Virus record (IMG/VR): IMGVR_UViG_3300037851_000840
Location: 1 to 42,550 of that record
Strand: one strand, 5' to 3'
DNA from: a virus
Lineage: Duplodnaviria > Caudoviricetes
Length of the DNA stretch: 42,550 nucleotides
The notes under the pieces were generated by a model. The model ran no database searches, had not been told where the DNA came from, and was given only the letters and a program-made list of their open reading frames with translations. This document shows positions 26,057 through 36,428 of this stretch, piece by piece. Numbering within the stretch: position 1 is the stretch's first letter; each line of letters begins with the position of its first letter. The position numbers and the translations under genes were made by a program.

Positions 26057-29000
26057 ATGGCTAAAAATGTAGATATTGTCGTCGCGCTGAAAGATATGTT
26101 TTCGGGCGAGCTGAAGAAGGTTTTGGGCGGGCTGGAGGGCATGAAGCAGGTCACTCAAACCATTACCGATTCTGTTTTTAATTTGACCAATGCGTTCGCG
26201 GCGATGATTACGGGCGGGGCTTTGGGCGGTGCGGTTTCAAAATTCGCAGAATTTGACGATATTATGCGCGAGGTGAAAGCCATTTCTGGTGCAACAGGTG
26301 AAGCATTTGAACGGTTGACAGAAAAAGCATTGCAAATTGGCGAAACGACAAGCGCTTCATCTTCGGATGCTGCCAGAGCCATGAAAGAACTTGCGGCTGC
26401 CGGGTTGAAGGAAAAAGAGGTTTTCGACACCCTTGAACCGACGCTTTATTTGGCGCAGGGCGCTCATATGGAAATGGCGAATGCCTCTGAATTTTTGATC
26501 AGCGTTTTAAAGAGCTATCAAATGGACGCGTCACAGGCGGCAAAAGTGACAGATGTTATGACATCGGCCGCGAATGCGTCTTCTGCCTCTGTTCCTCAAT
26601 TTGCTGAGGCGTGGAAATATGCCTCTGGCAGCGCGCAGGCGGCAGGCGTTTTGTTTGAAGATTTAACGACGGCGTTGGGCTTGATTCATAACGCGGGCCA
26701 TAAAGGTTCAATTGCCGGGACAGAGTTCAATTCAATGCTTCGTGAAATGCAAAATCCGAGCAATGCGGCAAAAGAAACAATTGCAAAATTAGGGGAACGA
26801 CTGGGGATAACCGGGTATTCTTTTTTAGACACAGCCGGAAAAGTAAGGCCGTTAAACGAGATTATCGGGGAACTGACACGGGCCAATATTTCTGGAACTG
26901 AGGCAATTGTTGTTTTTGGCGATGAAGGCCGTCGGGCTTATAATGCAATGGCAACTCAGGGCGTGGAAGGCTTTACAACTTTACGGCAAGAAATTGAATG
27001 GACAGAAGGCAAGGCAAAGGGATCGGGAAAGCGGGTTGCGTATGAGATGGAAGCCGGAATCGGAGGGGCTTTGCGCGAACTGTCTTCTGCGTGGGAAGCG
27101 GTCAATCTTGCATTTGGAAAGGGCACTGAAAATAAGTTACTTCCCATTATTAAGAGCGTGAAAGATGCGATTCTGGGTTTAAAAGAGAACATCAAAGAAT
27201 TAGCAAAAGATGGCGCGTTTGAACGCTGGGGGGCGTTAATTGGGGAAGTGGTGAAAAACACCATTGAAAATTTTAAAACCCTTGCCGGAATTGTGATGAA
27301 AATCACCGAGTTTTTTGGGCCGTTGATTGAGCAATTGATTTCGTTATCCCCTATTCTGGTTCCGGTTGGCATTGCGGTTGTGGGGTTGGCGACGGCATTC
27401 AATCAGGTGTTTGGAGCGGCTTCGCTGGCGGTTTCGAGCTTTATTTCTGTGGGCAATGCGCTTTCAAAAAATATGGCCATTGGAAAATATGTGGTTGAGT
27501 TGACGACCTATATTAAGGGCGTTCAAGATATGGTGAAGTGGGTCGGGCTTTGGCAGACGGCAACCCACAGTCTGAAAGATGCCTTAACCATTGCAACCGG
27601 AGTGCTTGGCGCATTTTTTCTTGGCTGGCAAATTGGCACAATGCTGAAAGATATTGATGTTGTAAAAGGTACGGTTCAGATGTTTTTTGTCTCGATTGAA
27701 AAGGGTTTTTCCACCATTAAGCGAAAATTTTATGAAGCTAAAAAAGCATGGTACGATTTTTGGGGAAATGCAGCAGGTTCTGCGGCGGCTGAGGCAAAAA
27801 TTCAGCAGCAAAGAGAACTCTATCAGCAGGTCGAATTAACCGAGCAGGCGATTTTGGAAGAAGGGAAATCGGCCAAAGATACGGCTTTTGAAGTAATAGA
27901 TTATCAAGACCAGGCGCTTGAGGCTACCTTTAAGCGGATTGATGCAAACAAGAAGTTGATGGATGACCAAATGTCCGGGTTTGACAAGGTCAACCAGGCC
28001 GCAAAGGAGAGCTTAAATAAACAAGTTCAGAATTTTGAGACGTTGACGGCAAAACGCAAGGAGCAGTTGGCGCAAGAGATTGCCAGCGTGGTTGAGGCCG
28101 AGCAGGCCGGAACCCTTAGCGCAGAAGAAGCGGCAAAAAGAAAAACTGCCCTTGAAAAACAATATTTCGCCGAACGAATGGATAAGTTGAGAGAATTTTT
28201 ATCTCAAATGAAGCAGGCGGGTTTTACCGAAGGGGATCAATATAAAAAATACCTGGAAGAATTGAAACAAACCGCGAATCAATTGAATCGGATTTCGGTT
28301 GCTGAGGCCAGGATTGCGTCGGCGGAGCGAATGAAGGTTTATTATGCCGAGGTGGATGACCGCCGGAGAAAAACAGAAACCCTGATTCGAGAAATCAACG
28401 CGCAGGAAAAGACCGGGGTATTCAATCAGCGGCAGGCGGCTGATGAGAGACGGCGGGTTGAAGAAGATTTCGCCAATTTTAGAATAAAAAAAGCCAATGA
28501 GATTATGAATCTATACCCCAAAGATTCTAAGGAATATCTTGCGGCTGCGAATATGAAGCAGCAGGCGGAGGCCGACCTGCAAGGGTATATTGCAGGCACA
28601 GGGGAATTGATTGATGAGAACACCCAAAAAGTGCGGCAGCAGGCTGAGGAGGTTCAATCCCTTGCTGAAACCTATGCCTCTTTGACCGGGGATAATAAAA
28701 AAACAACGGTTCTTTCTAAGTCTCAGGCCATGAGTCAGAGCATGTATGAACTCACGTCAAAAGGGCTTTCTGCGGCATTACAGCGGCTGGGTCTCACGGC
28801 GGAATATCAAAAATGGGTCAACACGATTAAGCGGTATGGCGGAGAAACCGAGGGGATTGACCGCAGAGATCTTTCTGAAGTCAAGAGCATGGCTGAATCA
28901 TTGCAATCCAAGGCCGAGAGCGCGGCAAAAGAAAAAACTTCTGCTGTGGATTTAGATGAAACCCGTCGGGATCTGAGCGCTACTGCGGATGAAATCAGCG

Positions 29001-29479
29001 CGTTTCAAACCTCGGTTCAGGGGTTGGATCAGCAGAATATTACATTGAATTTTAAGGGCACGGGATCAGCTACCCTTCCCCTGTCTGAAAAAATTGCGGA
29101 AATGAAGGGAAAAGTTACGGCTTTTGTTCAGGATGTCGGGCGAGAAAAACCCAGTTTGATTACAACCTTAACCTCAAAGATGCAGGTTTCAGGGCTTGGG
29201 GATCAAATTCTTTCGGCTTTGGGCGGGTTTTCTGGAGAAAAGGCTTCTGGCGGTGTGAGTCGTTCAATTTTGAATACGCTTTCGGGGGTTTCTTCTGGGT
29301 TATCGAATTTTATGCGTACCGGGATGGGTTCTGGGTCTGAGGGCGGCAGTTCTGGCGGTGTGGGACGGATGGTGCTGCAATTTCAAATTAACGGAAAGAC
29401 AATGGAAGGGTTGTTTGAAGAAAACCAAGCGCGCGCCTTGATTGATGTATTGCAGGGCGCTCAATTGCGCGCCGTTTAA
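26057..29479 (+). CDS. Tape measure protein (TP901-like core)
   Basis: FDDIMREVKAISGATG, GHKGSIAGT; 1140 aa, helical. Confidence 0.95.
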   Translation: MAKNVDIVVALKDMFSGELKKVLGGLEGMKQVTQTITDSVFNLTNAFAAMITGGALGGAVSKFAEFDDIMREVKAISGATGEAFERLTEKALQIGETTSASSSDAARAMKELAAAGLKEKEVFDTLEPTLYLAQGAHMEMANASEFLISVLKSYQMDASQAAKVTDVMTSAANASSASVPQFAEAWKYASGSAQAAGVLFEDLTTALGLIHNAGHKGSIAGTEFNSMLREMQNPSNAAKETIAKLGERLGITGYSFLDTAGKVRPLNEIIGELTRANISGTEAIVVFGDEGRRAYNAMATQGVEGFTTLRQEIEWTEGKAKGSGKRVAYEMEAGIGGALRELSSAWEAVNLAFGKGTENKLLPIIKSVKDAILGLKENIKELAKDGAFERWGALIGEVVKNTIENFKTLAGIVMKITEFFGPLIEQLISLSPILVPVGIAVVGLATAFNQVFGAASLAVSSFISVGNALSKNMAIGKYVVELTTYIKGVQDMVKWVGLWQTATHSLKDALTIATGVLGAFFLGWQIGTMLKDIDVVKGTVQMFFVSIEKGFSTIKRKFYEAKKAWYDFWGNAAGSAAAEAKIQQQRELYQQVELTEQAILEEGKSAKDTAFEVIDYQDQALEATFKRIDANKKLMDDQMSGFDKVNQAAKESLNKQVQNFETLTAKRKEQLAQEIASVVEAEQAGTLSAEEAAKRKTALEKQYFAERMDKLREFLSQMKQAGFTEGDQYKKYLEELKQTANQLNRISVAEARIASAERMKVYYAEVDDRRRKTETLIREINAQEKTGVFNQRQAADERRRVEEDFANFRIKKANEIMNLYPKDSKEYLAAANMKQQAEADLQGYIAGTGELIDENTQKVRQQAEEVQSLAETYASLTGDNKKTTVLSKSQAMSQSMYELTSKGLSAALQRLGLTAEYQKWVNTIKRYGGETEGIDRRDLSEVKSMAESLQSKAESAAKEKTSAVDLDETRRDLSATADEISAFQTSVQGLDQQNITLNFKGTGSATLPLSEKIAEMKGKVTAFVQDVGREKPSLITTLTSKMQVSGLGDQILSALGGFSGEKASGGVSRSILNTLSGVSSGLSNFMRTGMGSGSEGGSSGGVGRMVLQFQINGKTMEGLFEENQARALIDVLQGAQLRAV

Positions 29480-29493
29480 GCGAGGGTTTTGAT

Positions 29494-31266
29494 ATGGGAA
29501 TCAGTGTAAATGATGTTTTTTTATACAAGGCTTTGGAGCAGAATGATGACGCTACCGGAGGCGGAAGGCCTGGGCCTGAGATCGTCGAGAGCGGGAACGT
29601 CAACAACCTTTTCCCTAATATTGCCAGGACTGACCATGTGGAAGGCGATGTCTGCCTTCGCAAGGTGTTTTTGCGAATCAACAGCACGGGAGCGGATATT
29701 TACGCTGGCGCTCATGCGGCTTTGAAAACGATTCCGTCTGATTCGTTGGTTGACGTGGTTTTGATTCCTTCTGCGGGTCATGATGAAGTTCGTTCTGAAG
29801 TGATTGCCGCGATGGAAGATCCGACGGTTCAGGCTTTTTTGGGCGCATCGTTTCTTTCTCAGGCTGTTTTGGCTGGCGCAAAAGATTTGTATGTGGATGA
29901 AGTGGATAAGTGCATTCTGCCTGTGGCGTTTTCTGAAATTCCTTATCAATTTGGCAGCTCGGCTCCCTGGATTTATACCGGTGAAGATCAGCCGGGAACC
30001 CCATATTCTTATCACTCGAAGGCCGTTGATGGCGTACCCACCAGCGGATATACCTATTTTGTTGAATTGGAGAATAATGTGGGGATTGTTGCGCAAGTTC
30101 CTTATTTATTCGCTCGAATTGAAGGGGTGTGGCGGGAGTACCGAAAAAGTTCTAGCGGAACTATCTTTGTTCCCACTTGGGAAACCGGATCATCGGCTTA
30201 TACGATCACCAATGACGTGCTGGCATTTACCCTGCCCAATAACCGTTTTCCTGATCCTGGAACAAAAATCATTGTGTGCTGGCGGGGGCGGTTTTATGCC
30301 GATGCGCTTGCTGTGCATACGCAGAGCAAAGATCCTGTGATACCAGGCAGCGTATCTTTGGAAATTGCCAAAGCATTGGGCGGGACGTTTACGGCGGCGG
30401 ATGATGGATTCGGCGCAATGACTGGAACGGGAATTTCTGGAAGCATAGACTATCAAACCGGCTTGATTGAAATTGCAGTGACCGGGGATGATGTGAAACC
30501 TTCTGAGGGTTTTACAATCAGTTTCGATTTTGCGGCGGCTGTGAATGAATTTGATGGGTTTGACCCCAAAAAGTGGCCGTCTAACGGCAGAATGCCGGTT
30601 TTTAAACCTGGCGATATGATTGTTATTTATGACATTGTATATGAAAATTCTGAAATGGCGCTTGTGACGGGGGTTGATATTGAGAATAAAAAAATCACCA
30701 TCAACAGTGCGCTTACCCTTCCGCATGATGCGGATACCACTCTGATTTCAAGCATTGTGGATTTTGAGGATTTGCAGGCAAAAACAACCGTAAAATTTAC
30801 CCAAAAAACATGGGATTTGGTGACTTGGAATGACACGGTTTCGGGCGACCCGGCTCCGGCCGCGTATGATTATAACAATTATCCCATTGTGTTGACGAAT
30901 AAAGGTGCGACGACCGAGCGGTGGGCGTTTCGCATCAAATCTCTTTCGCCGTTGACGTGCGACGTATATGGCGAGCATTTGGGTTTGATTGGATCGAATA
31001 TCCCCTGCACGGGGATCATCGGAGATCCAAATGATCCGTTGAATGATCCCACGCGGTTGACGAATCCGGTTTCTGGTTTGCCGTATCTGACTCTTTCGCC
31101 TTCTGGCTGGGGTTCTGGCTGGCAGGTGGGGAATATTTTTCGGTTCAATACCGAGGGAGCCGAGGCTCCGTTTTGGGCGATTCGCACCATTGAACCGACG
31201 CCGTCTGAGATTACCGATGACAGCGCGACGGTTGAACTTCGAGGAAATGTGGACGCGGAAACATGA
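29494..31266 (+). CDS. Tail tip structural protein
   Basis: GGGR..VNNLFPNI.R..G..LRKVF, GSIDYQTG, ERWA, GWGSGWQVGN.FRFNT. Confidence 0.8.
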   Translation: MGISVNDVFLYKALEQNDDATGGGRPGPEIVESGNVNNLFPNIARTDHVEGDVCLRKVFLRINSTGADIYAGAHAALKTIPSDSLVDVVLIPSAGHDEVRSEVIAAMEDPTVQAFLGASFLSQAVLAGAKDLYVDEVDKCILPVAFSEIPYQFGSSAPWIYTGEDQPGTPYSYHSKAVDGVPTSGYTYFVELENNVGIVAQVPYLFARIEGVWREYRKSSSGTIFVPTWETGSSAYTITNDVLAFTLPNNRFPDPGTKIIVCWRGRFYADALAVHTQSKDPVIPGSVSLEIAKALGGTFTAADDGFGAMTGTGISGSIDYQTGLIEIAVTGDDVKPSEGFTISFDFAAAVNEFDGFDPKKWPSNGRMPVFKPGDMIVIYDIVYENSEMALVTGVDIENKKITINSALTLPHDADTTLISSIVDFEDLQAKTTVKFTQKTWDLVTWNDTVSGDPAPAAYDYNNYPIVLTNKGATTERWAFRIKSLSPLTCDVYGEHLGLIGSNIPCTGIIGDPNDPLNDPTRLTNPVSGLPYLTLSPSGWGSGWQVGNIFRFNTEGAEAPFWAIRTIEPTPSEITDDSATVELRGNVDAET

Positions 31267-31610
31267 TTACAACCTACAATTGCAAAGACCTGATTGCGGA
31301 AAGCGGAGACCGGGTGCTTTCGTGTATTGATATCAATACGCTGGTGGAAGGCGACCGCGCTTTTGTTGTGATGAATGATGAAGTCTTGCAGAGAAAAAAC
31401 CTGTTGTTTTTTGAGTTTGTTGCTGCAAGCACCAAGGCAAACAATACCTCGGTGCATCCATATCATGTGCGTCCGAATAATTACAGCGGAGCAGGAGTAT
31501 GGGAAGAATGCGAAGCGGAAACCGGCGGGCGGATTTTGTATGGAGCCGGTGATCCGCCGGACCCGTCTGAACTTCCGGACGGGGTGTTGTATGTGAAGTA
31601 TATTCCTTAA
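31263..31610 (+). CDS. Hypothetical tail-region protein
   Basis: 115 aa, ATGA overlap. Confidence 0.65.
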   Translation: MITTYNCKDLIAESGDRVLSCIDINTLVEGDRAFVVMNDEVLQRKNLLFFEFVAASTKANNTSVHPYHVRPNNYSGAGVWEECEAETGGRILYGAGDPPDPSELPDGVLYVKYIP

Positions 31611-31614
31611 AAAA

Positions 31615-31692
31615 AGGCACAAAGTGACAATGTTACAAAGGCGCAAAGTTTTTTTACTTTGCGCCTCTGTGCCTCTGTAACTCTGTGCCTTT
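31615..31692. repeat. 8-bp periodic inverted repeat element
   Basis: GGCACAAA GTGACAAT GTTACAAA GGCGCAAA followed by mirrored units. Confidence 0.7.
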
Positions 31693-31713
31693 CTTAAACA
31701 AGGTGAGCTGATT

Positions 31714-32979
31714 ATGATGATTTCAAAGCATGGTGTTTTTGGGTTTGATGAGGCCGCTCGCCAGGCGGTGTTTCAGATGGTGGCGGATACCCTGGCGGCT
31801 GCCGGGTGGACGCTTCATGATCCGGTTTCTGCTTATGACCATGTGTATCGAAGCAATGGGGAATCTGAAAAATTATCTACTGGTTACATTCGGATGTACA
31901 CCTACACGACTGGCGTATTTTTCCGCATGTATTTGTATTGGGACGCGGCCAGTCATACCGGGGTTTGCGCGCAATACCAGGAAAGCACAAGCAACGGATT
32001 TCATTGGAATTCGACCTTTACTGGATCTGAAAAAATATGGGTTTCAGCAGATAAAGATCTGTGTGTTTTAACCGGCGAAGGAGCGTTATCAACCAATGCC
32101 TCTGGCGGAACGAATTATGGTTTTTTTGGCCATGTTCCTGAGCTTGCCGGGCCGGATGTGATTTGCACGGTTGCCTCTGCGGTAACAGCGGGCACGAATG
32201 TAACGGTTGAGTTTGACACCACAGAAGGGTTGAAAATTGGCCGGGAATATATGCTTTGCGGAGAATTGGGAGAAGGAAGAGATTGGGGAATTTACGTCAA
32301 CTCGATTCTTTCTTCTACCGAGGCTGTGCTGAGTTCTGCGCCCAGAAATTATGGCATGGGTACGAAGTTTGGGGATTATCCCAATCGTTTTTTTAACACG
32401 TTCTGCAGCAATCGCGGAGCGGGAATATACCTGCCGTATCCCATTTGCCCAAGAGGGATGAACGGCTTAACCATGTACACGGCCAAAACGACAGACTATT
32501 GGAATAAGTCCGGATTAAATGTGGGGTATGGAAACCCTGCGAGGCGCTCTGATAACTGGATTTTGCCGAACTGGTATTTTTATGAGTCGGTTTTGACCAG
32601 CGGAGCGGATTTGGGATGGATAGGTTTTACGCGGCATCATCTATGCCTGCCTGAATCGGATACGGTTCCTGCGAATCATACGCTTTGGGCGGTATCGGAT
32701 GATGATGAAACCTTGAAAGGCGTGGCCACGTCGGGAGGCAACAATACTCTGACGGTTACTGGCTGGGGATTGTCTGAAGATACGCTGGCCGGAATGGTGG
32801 TCATTCTTTCAACCGGGGCCGGCGCAAATCAAACCCGTGTGATTCAGAGCAATACAACCGACACGATTACGGTATATCAAAACTGGGACGTAAACCCTGT
32901 GAATGGGGATGAGTTCTATATTGGTGAAAAAGCCTATCGAAGGCTTGGCCCGTTTATCATGCGCGAGGTCAACCGATGA
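31714..32979 (+). CDS. Putative tail fibre/receptor-binding protein
   Basis: LAAAGWT N-terminus; GAGANQTRVIQSNTTDTITV beta domain; position. Confidence 0.6.
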   Translation: MMISKHGVFGFDEAARQAVFQMVADTLAAAGWTLHDPVSAYDHVYRSNGESEKLSTGYIRMYTYTTGVFFRMYLYWDAASHTGVCAQYQESTSNGFHWNSTFTGSEKIWVSADKDLCVLTGEGALSTNASGGTNYGFFGHVPELAGPDVICTVASAVTAGTNVTVEFDTTEGLKIGREYMLCGELGEGRDWGIYVNSILSSTEAVLSSAPRNYGMGTKFGDYPNRFFNTFCSNRGAGIYLPYPICPRGMNGLTMYTAKTTDYWNKSGLNVGYGNPARRSDNWILPNWYFYESVLTSGADLGWIGFTRHHLCLPESDTVPANHTLWAVSDDDETLKGVATSGGNNTLTVTGWGLSEDTLAGMVVILSTGAGANQTRVIQSNTTDTITVYQNWDVNPVNGDEFYIGEKAYRRLGPFIMREVNR

Positions 32980-33296
32980 CGGTTTATGCTGGCCGGGTGT
33001 GGAATCCGGATCTGGCATTTTGCAAGGGGTGTCTGCGCTGGGAGCGGACGGTGTTCAGCGGAAGGCTGGCTGTTCGTGAACCTGTGGCTGCGCCTTCTGT
33101 TTCGGTTCCTGATCTTCGAGTGAGTGTCGGCGGGGCATGGAAAACCATTGACACCTTGCAGAACACCCGTCTGAGGGCGTTTAAGGATGGCGTCTCTGTT
33201 TATGTGACTGCCGCGGGTTCATGGAAGATGGCCATGCAAGATCTGCCAGAGGTGAAGATTTTGGACTGCGGATATCTTCATGCGGTGAAAATCTAA
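32976..33296 (+). CDS. Hypothetical tail-region protein
   Basis: 106 aa, two V..GG/GS-WK repeats; coupled to neighbours. Confidence 0.55.
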   Translation: MTVYAGRVWNPDLAFCKGCLRWERTVFSGRLAVREPVAAPSVSVPDLRVSVGGAWKTIDTLQNTRLRAFKDGVSVYVTAAGSWKMAMQDLPEVKILDCGYLHAVKI

Positions 33297-35123
33297 ATGC
33301 TTGACCGGGATATTTGGAAACCAGGCGACCTATGGCAGGTTGCCGACGAAACCCTGGCGCGGGATCGGTGGAGTCAATCCAATTTTCAAAGAATTCCCAT
33401 TTGTGTCTCTGTGGGGATTCCCTGGAAACGAACGGTTTCTCAAGACAAAGATTTTGTTTGGGGTTGGAATTTGGGAGCGGAAGCGGATGTCGCCATTGAA
33501 AAAATGTGGGAGGATTTCGCTGAGAACGCCGACGGTCAAAACGAATGGATTTGGCAGAATTTCAAGGGTGTGGCAGATGCTGAGAAAACGCTTGCATGGC
33601 AAGAATTCTCTGCAACAGCAGATTCCGCAATGGAATGGGTATGGAAAGATTTTCCCGTTTCAGCGGATTCCGCCAAAACCATGCGCTGGTGCGATTACCC
33701 AGAAACATGTGACGGCGCCCTTGTTTTGCCCTGGTCACAATATTCGGCCAGTGCGGATTCGGAGTGCTTTGTAGCATGGGCTGTTGGAGATGACCGCGAT
33801 TTGACGCGGTTCATCGCGACCATTTACAACGGCGGGCCGGATAGATGGAAAGAGCCGGATGTATGGCAGGCATACCCGAGCGGACGTGATCTTTGGAGCG
33901 GGTACGGAAAGCGTTTTCCGGCTTTGGATGTGCCTTTTGAGCTTCTTTGGGGTTGCGGGGTAAATTGCGATACAGATCTTGAAATCAAAACCCCAGCACA
34001 AACCCTTCAATATCAAGCGGTCAACCTATCATGGGCGAGCGGCATGGCGCAGGATAAGGCCATTCGCCTTCGATGGATAAGGAAAATTTTGATTATGTTT
34101 ACCGATTCTGTGGTTTTCAAACGGGTATATGATGATTTGATTCTGCCGTTGGAATCGTTTTCAATTGATGCGGATATTGGCAGTTATGATTTTAAATTGA
34201 CTGCAAAAATGCCGGATCGAGGCAATGCGCAGCTGGTTCGAGTGAATGCGCTTTCTGAAAATGATCTGCCGGGGCCTGTGGAAACCGAGTTGACATTTAA
34301 CGGTAAAACCTGGCGATTTTATATTGAATCTTTGAATCAGGAATTTCAACATGGATCTGGAACATATTCGATTTCTGGGCGTTCGAAAGCCTGTAAATTA
34401 GGATCACCTTATGCGCCAATTTTGACTCAGATTTTTTCAGCAACCGATTCTCAACAGTTGATTGCGGATCTTTTGGACGAGTTCAACTGGGAGGCGGTGT
34501 ATGACGAGCGGGCCGGGTTTGATGTGACGTCTTTATTCTCCATTCCTGCTGATTTGTTTTCATGCCAGGGAAAGACCGCGATTGAAGTCATTGGGGATCT
34601 GATTTCTGCCATCGGCGGAGTGGTGCAGTCTCATCCTGCGAATGATGAGTTGATCCTCATGAGTCGTTTTCCTTATTCCCCTAAAAATTTCGGCTTGGTT
34701 ACCCCTGAACACACCCTCAATTTGAATCGAATTTTTTCTCATTCTCAATCGTGGAGTGCGCAGGCAAAACATCAATATGTGATTGTGAGCGGACGGTCGG
34801 ATGGTGTTCTGGTTCATGTGGTTCGGGAGGGGGCTGACCCGGCGGCGGCTGTTAGAAAGAACGACGCGGTTCATGATTTGATTTTGGATCAAAACTTGGC
34901 GCAGGAGCGTGGCCGGGTTGAGTTGGATGAAACAGGATATGACAAGATGATCCATCGGCTTGAACTGCCGTTTGACGCTGCTGCGAATTATGTGGCTCCG
35001 GGCTCGATTGTAGAGGTTTCAGATTTGTTTTCAACCTGGCGCGGCTTGTCTGTAAACAACCGTTTAACGATGGAAAAGGGCGGACTTCAAGCGGTTGAAA
35101 TTCATCAATATATCACGGAATAA
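33297..35123 (+). CDS. Tail hub/baseplate-like protein with Trp repeats
   Basis: ISGRS..LGSPYAP, VIVSG..GV, QERGR; seven 15-aa AD..W repeats near the N-terminus. Confidence 0.75.
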   Translation: MLDRDIWKPGDLWQVADETLARDRWSQSNFQRIPICVSVGIPWKRTVSQDKDFVWGWNLGAEADVAIEKMWEDFAENADGQNEWIWQNFKGVADAEKTLAWQEFSATADSAMEWVWKDFPVSADSAKTMRWCDYPETCDGALVLPWSQYSASADSECFVAWAVGDDRDLTRFIATIYNGGPDRWKEPDVWQAYPSGRDLWSGYGKRFPALDVPFELLWGCGVNCDTDLEIKTPAQTLQYQAVNLSWASGMAQDKAIRLRWIRKILIMFTDSVVFKRVYDDLILPLESFSIDADIGSYDFKLTAKMPDRGNAQLVRVNALSENDLPGPVETELTFNGKTWRFYIESLNQEFQHGSGTYSISGRSKACKLGSPYAPILTQIFSATDSQQLIADLLDEFNWEAVYDERAGFDVTSLFSIPADLFSCQGKTAIEVIGDLISAIGGVVQSHPANDELILMSRFPYSPKNFGLVTPEHTLNLNRIFSHSQSWSAQAKHQYVIVSGRSDGVLVHVVREGADPAAAVRKNDAVHDLILDQNLAQERGRVELDETGYDKMIHRLELPFDAAANYVAPGSIVEVSDLFSTWRGLSVNNRLTMEKGGLQAVEIHQYITE

Positions 35124-35126
35124 GCT

Positions 35127-35933
35127 ATGAAAGAAATGAAGGAAGATTCAAAAAATCTGCAGGATATGAATCGGATCAACATTGATCTTGCAGATAAACT
35201 GGGTACGCATATTCAAAAGCATGGGTTCGCAATTCTTTTTTTTCTGATGCTGCTGGGCGTTGGAGGATCAATCATCCCTGAATTTATTTCGATGTTTCGA
35301 GAGAGCCATCGGGAAGAAAAAAAGATTCGGGATAAAATTTTTGAGACGCATGCAGAACTTTTGAAACGGTTTGAATCTCTTGATAGAATTTATTCTCAAA
35401 TTGATTTGAGGCTTCGAGACATTGAAGAAAGAAGCGGGAAAGGAAATGAGGTTTCAAAGCTGGAAAAGAATGCCGTGATTTCTGCCAGAATCGAAGTGCT
35501 TCTTTCTGAGAATCCGCAGCCGGGAGTCAAAAAAGCCTGGTTTGCGAGGCTTCATAATGGTTCAAGCGATTTTGCAAATCGTCCTTTTGCTTTTTTTAGT
35601 GTTTCGCAAGAGGCAATTTTTGACGGGCTGCCCACGCGGGATCGAAACCAAAGAATTTTGGTTGAGTTTTTGGGAGATGCTTGGCAAGAGCTTTTGAAAG
35701 GGAAAAGTGCGATATATGACTTGAATTTAGGCACTCGAAACAGTTGGGCGGAAAAAAATATGACCTTTGGCGGAACTCAAAAAACTTTGATTTATCCGGT
35801 TTTTGGCGGAAAAAGTCAGAAGACAATCGTCGGGCTGGTTGCGTATGAGATTGGCGAAACCGGAGACATTTGGCTGTTAAAGGTTCCATTGGCTAAAGTT
35901 TCTTTGAATATTTCTGGGTTGATGGATTTGTGA
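35127..35933 (+). CDS. Single-TM membrane protein (holin candidate)
   Basis: TM FAILFFLMLLGVGGSII, coiled coil, LHNG motif in a soluble C-terminal domain. Confidence 0.5.
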   Translation: MKEMKEDSKNLQDMNRINIDLADKLGTHIQKHGFAILFFLMLLGVGGSIIPEFISMFRESHREEKKIRDKIFETHAELLKRFESLDRIYSQIDLRLRDIEERSGKGNEVSKLEKNAVISARIEVLLSENPQPGVKKAWFARLHNGSSDFANRPFAFFSVSQEAIFDGLPTRDRNQRILVEFLGDAWQELLKGKSAIYDLNLGTRNSWAEKNMTFGGTQKTLIYPVFGGKSQKTIVGLVAYEIGETGDIWLLKVPLAKVSLNISGLMDL

Positions 35934-35986
35934 CAGAGGTACAGAGGCGCAAAGGCACAGAGGCACAAAGGGAAAGAGGCATCAAG

Positions 35987-36214
35987 ATGAACTTGTGGCG
36001 GGAATTTCAAAGAATTCAACGTCCGGTGGTGCGGATTGGCGAGGTGGTCGAAATTTTTGGCGGGCGTTCAAAAATTTTAGATTATGCGGGAAAGACGTTT
36101 TGGGCAAACGGCGCATCGGTTCCTGTCGGGCAGATTGCCTATACAGAGAACGGGCTGGTGGTTCGTGCAATGGCAGATTTAGAGGGGGCGGAGCCCGTGG
36201 TGGTGTATGTGTAA
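35987..36214 (+). CDS. Small tail-tip protein
   Basis: MNLWREF..GEVV..G..V..G..ENG; ATG at 35987 after GAGG. Confidence 0.65.
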   Translation: MNLWREFQRIQRPVVRIGEVVEIFGGRSKILDYAGKTFWANGASVPVGQIAYTENGLVVRAMADLEGAEPVVVYV

Positions 36215-36428
36215 AATTAAAAGAGAAATTGAAATTCAACTTTCTTATAAAGAGGCGTTGCAAGTATTAAGAAAATGGTGCCAAACCGCGCCGGAAATTG
36301 TTTCGATTGTTTTAAAAAATCCCCTGGGGGTTTGCAGTTTTCCGAAACAATGCCAGGATTTTTCATGTGAAACTTTGTCTTGTGAAGCGGATTTTTTGTC
36401 GAATGGACGCCCTTCTAAAATGAGTTGA
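36207..36428 (+). CDS. Small hypothetical protein
   Basis: 73 aa bridging neighbouring genes. Confidence 0.4.
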   Translation: MCKIKREIEIQLSYKEALQVLRKWCQTAPEIVSIVLKNPLGVCSFPKQCQDFSCETLSCEADFLSNGRPSKMS

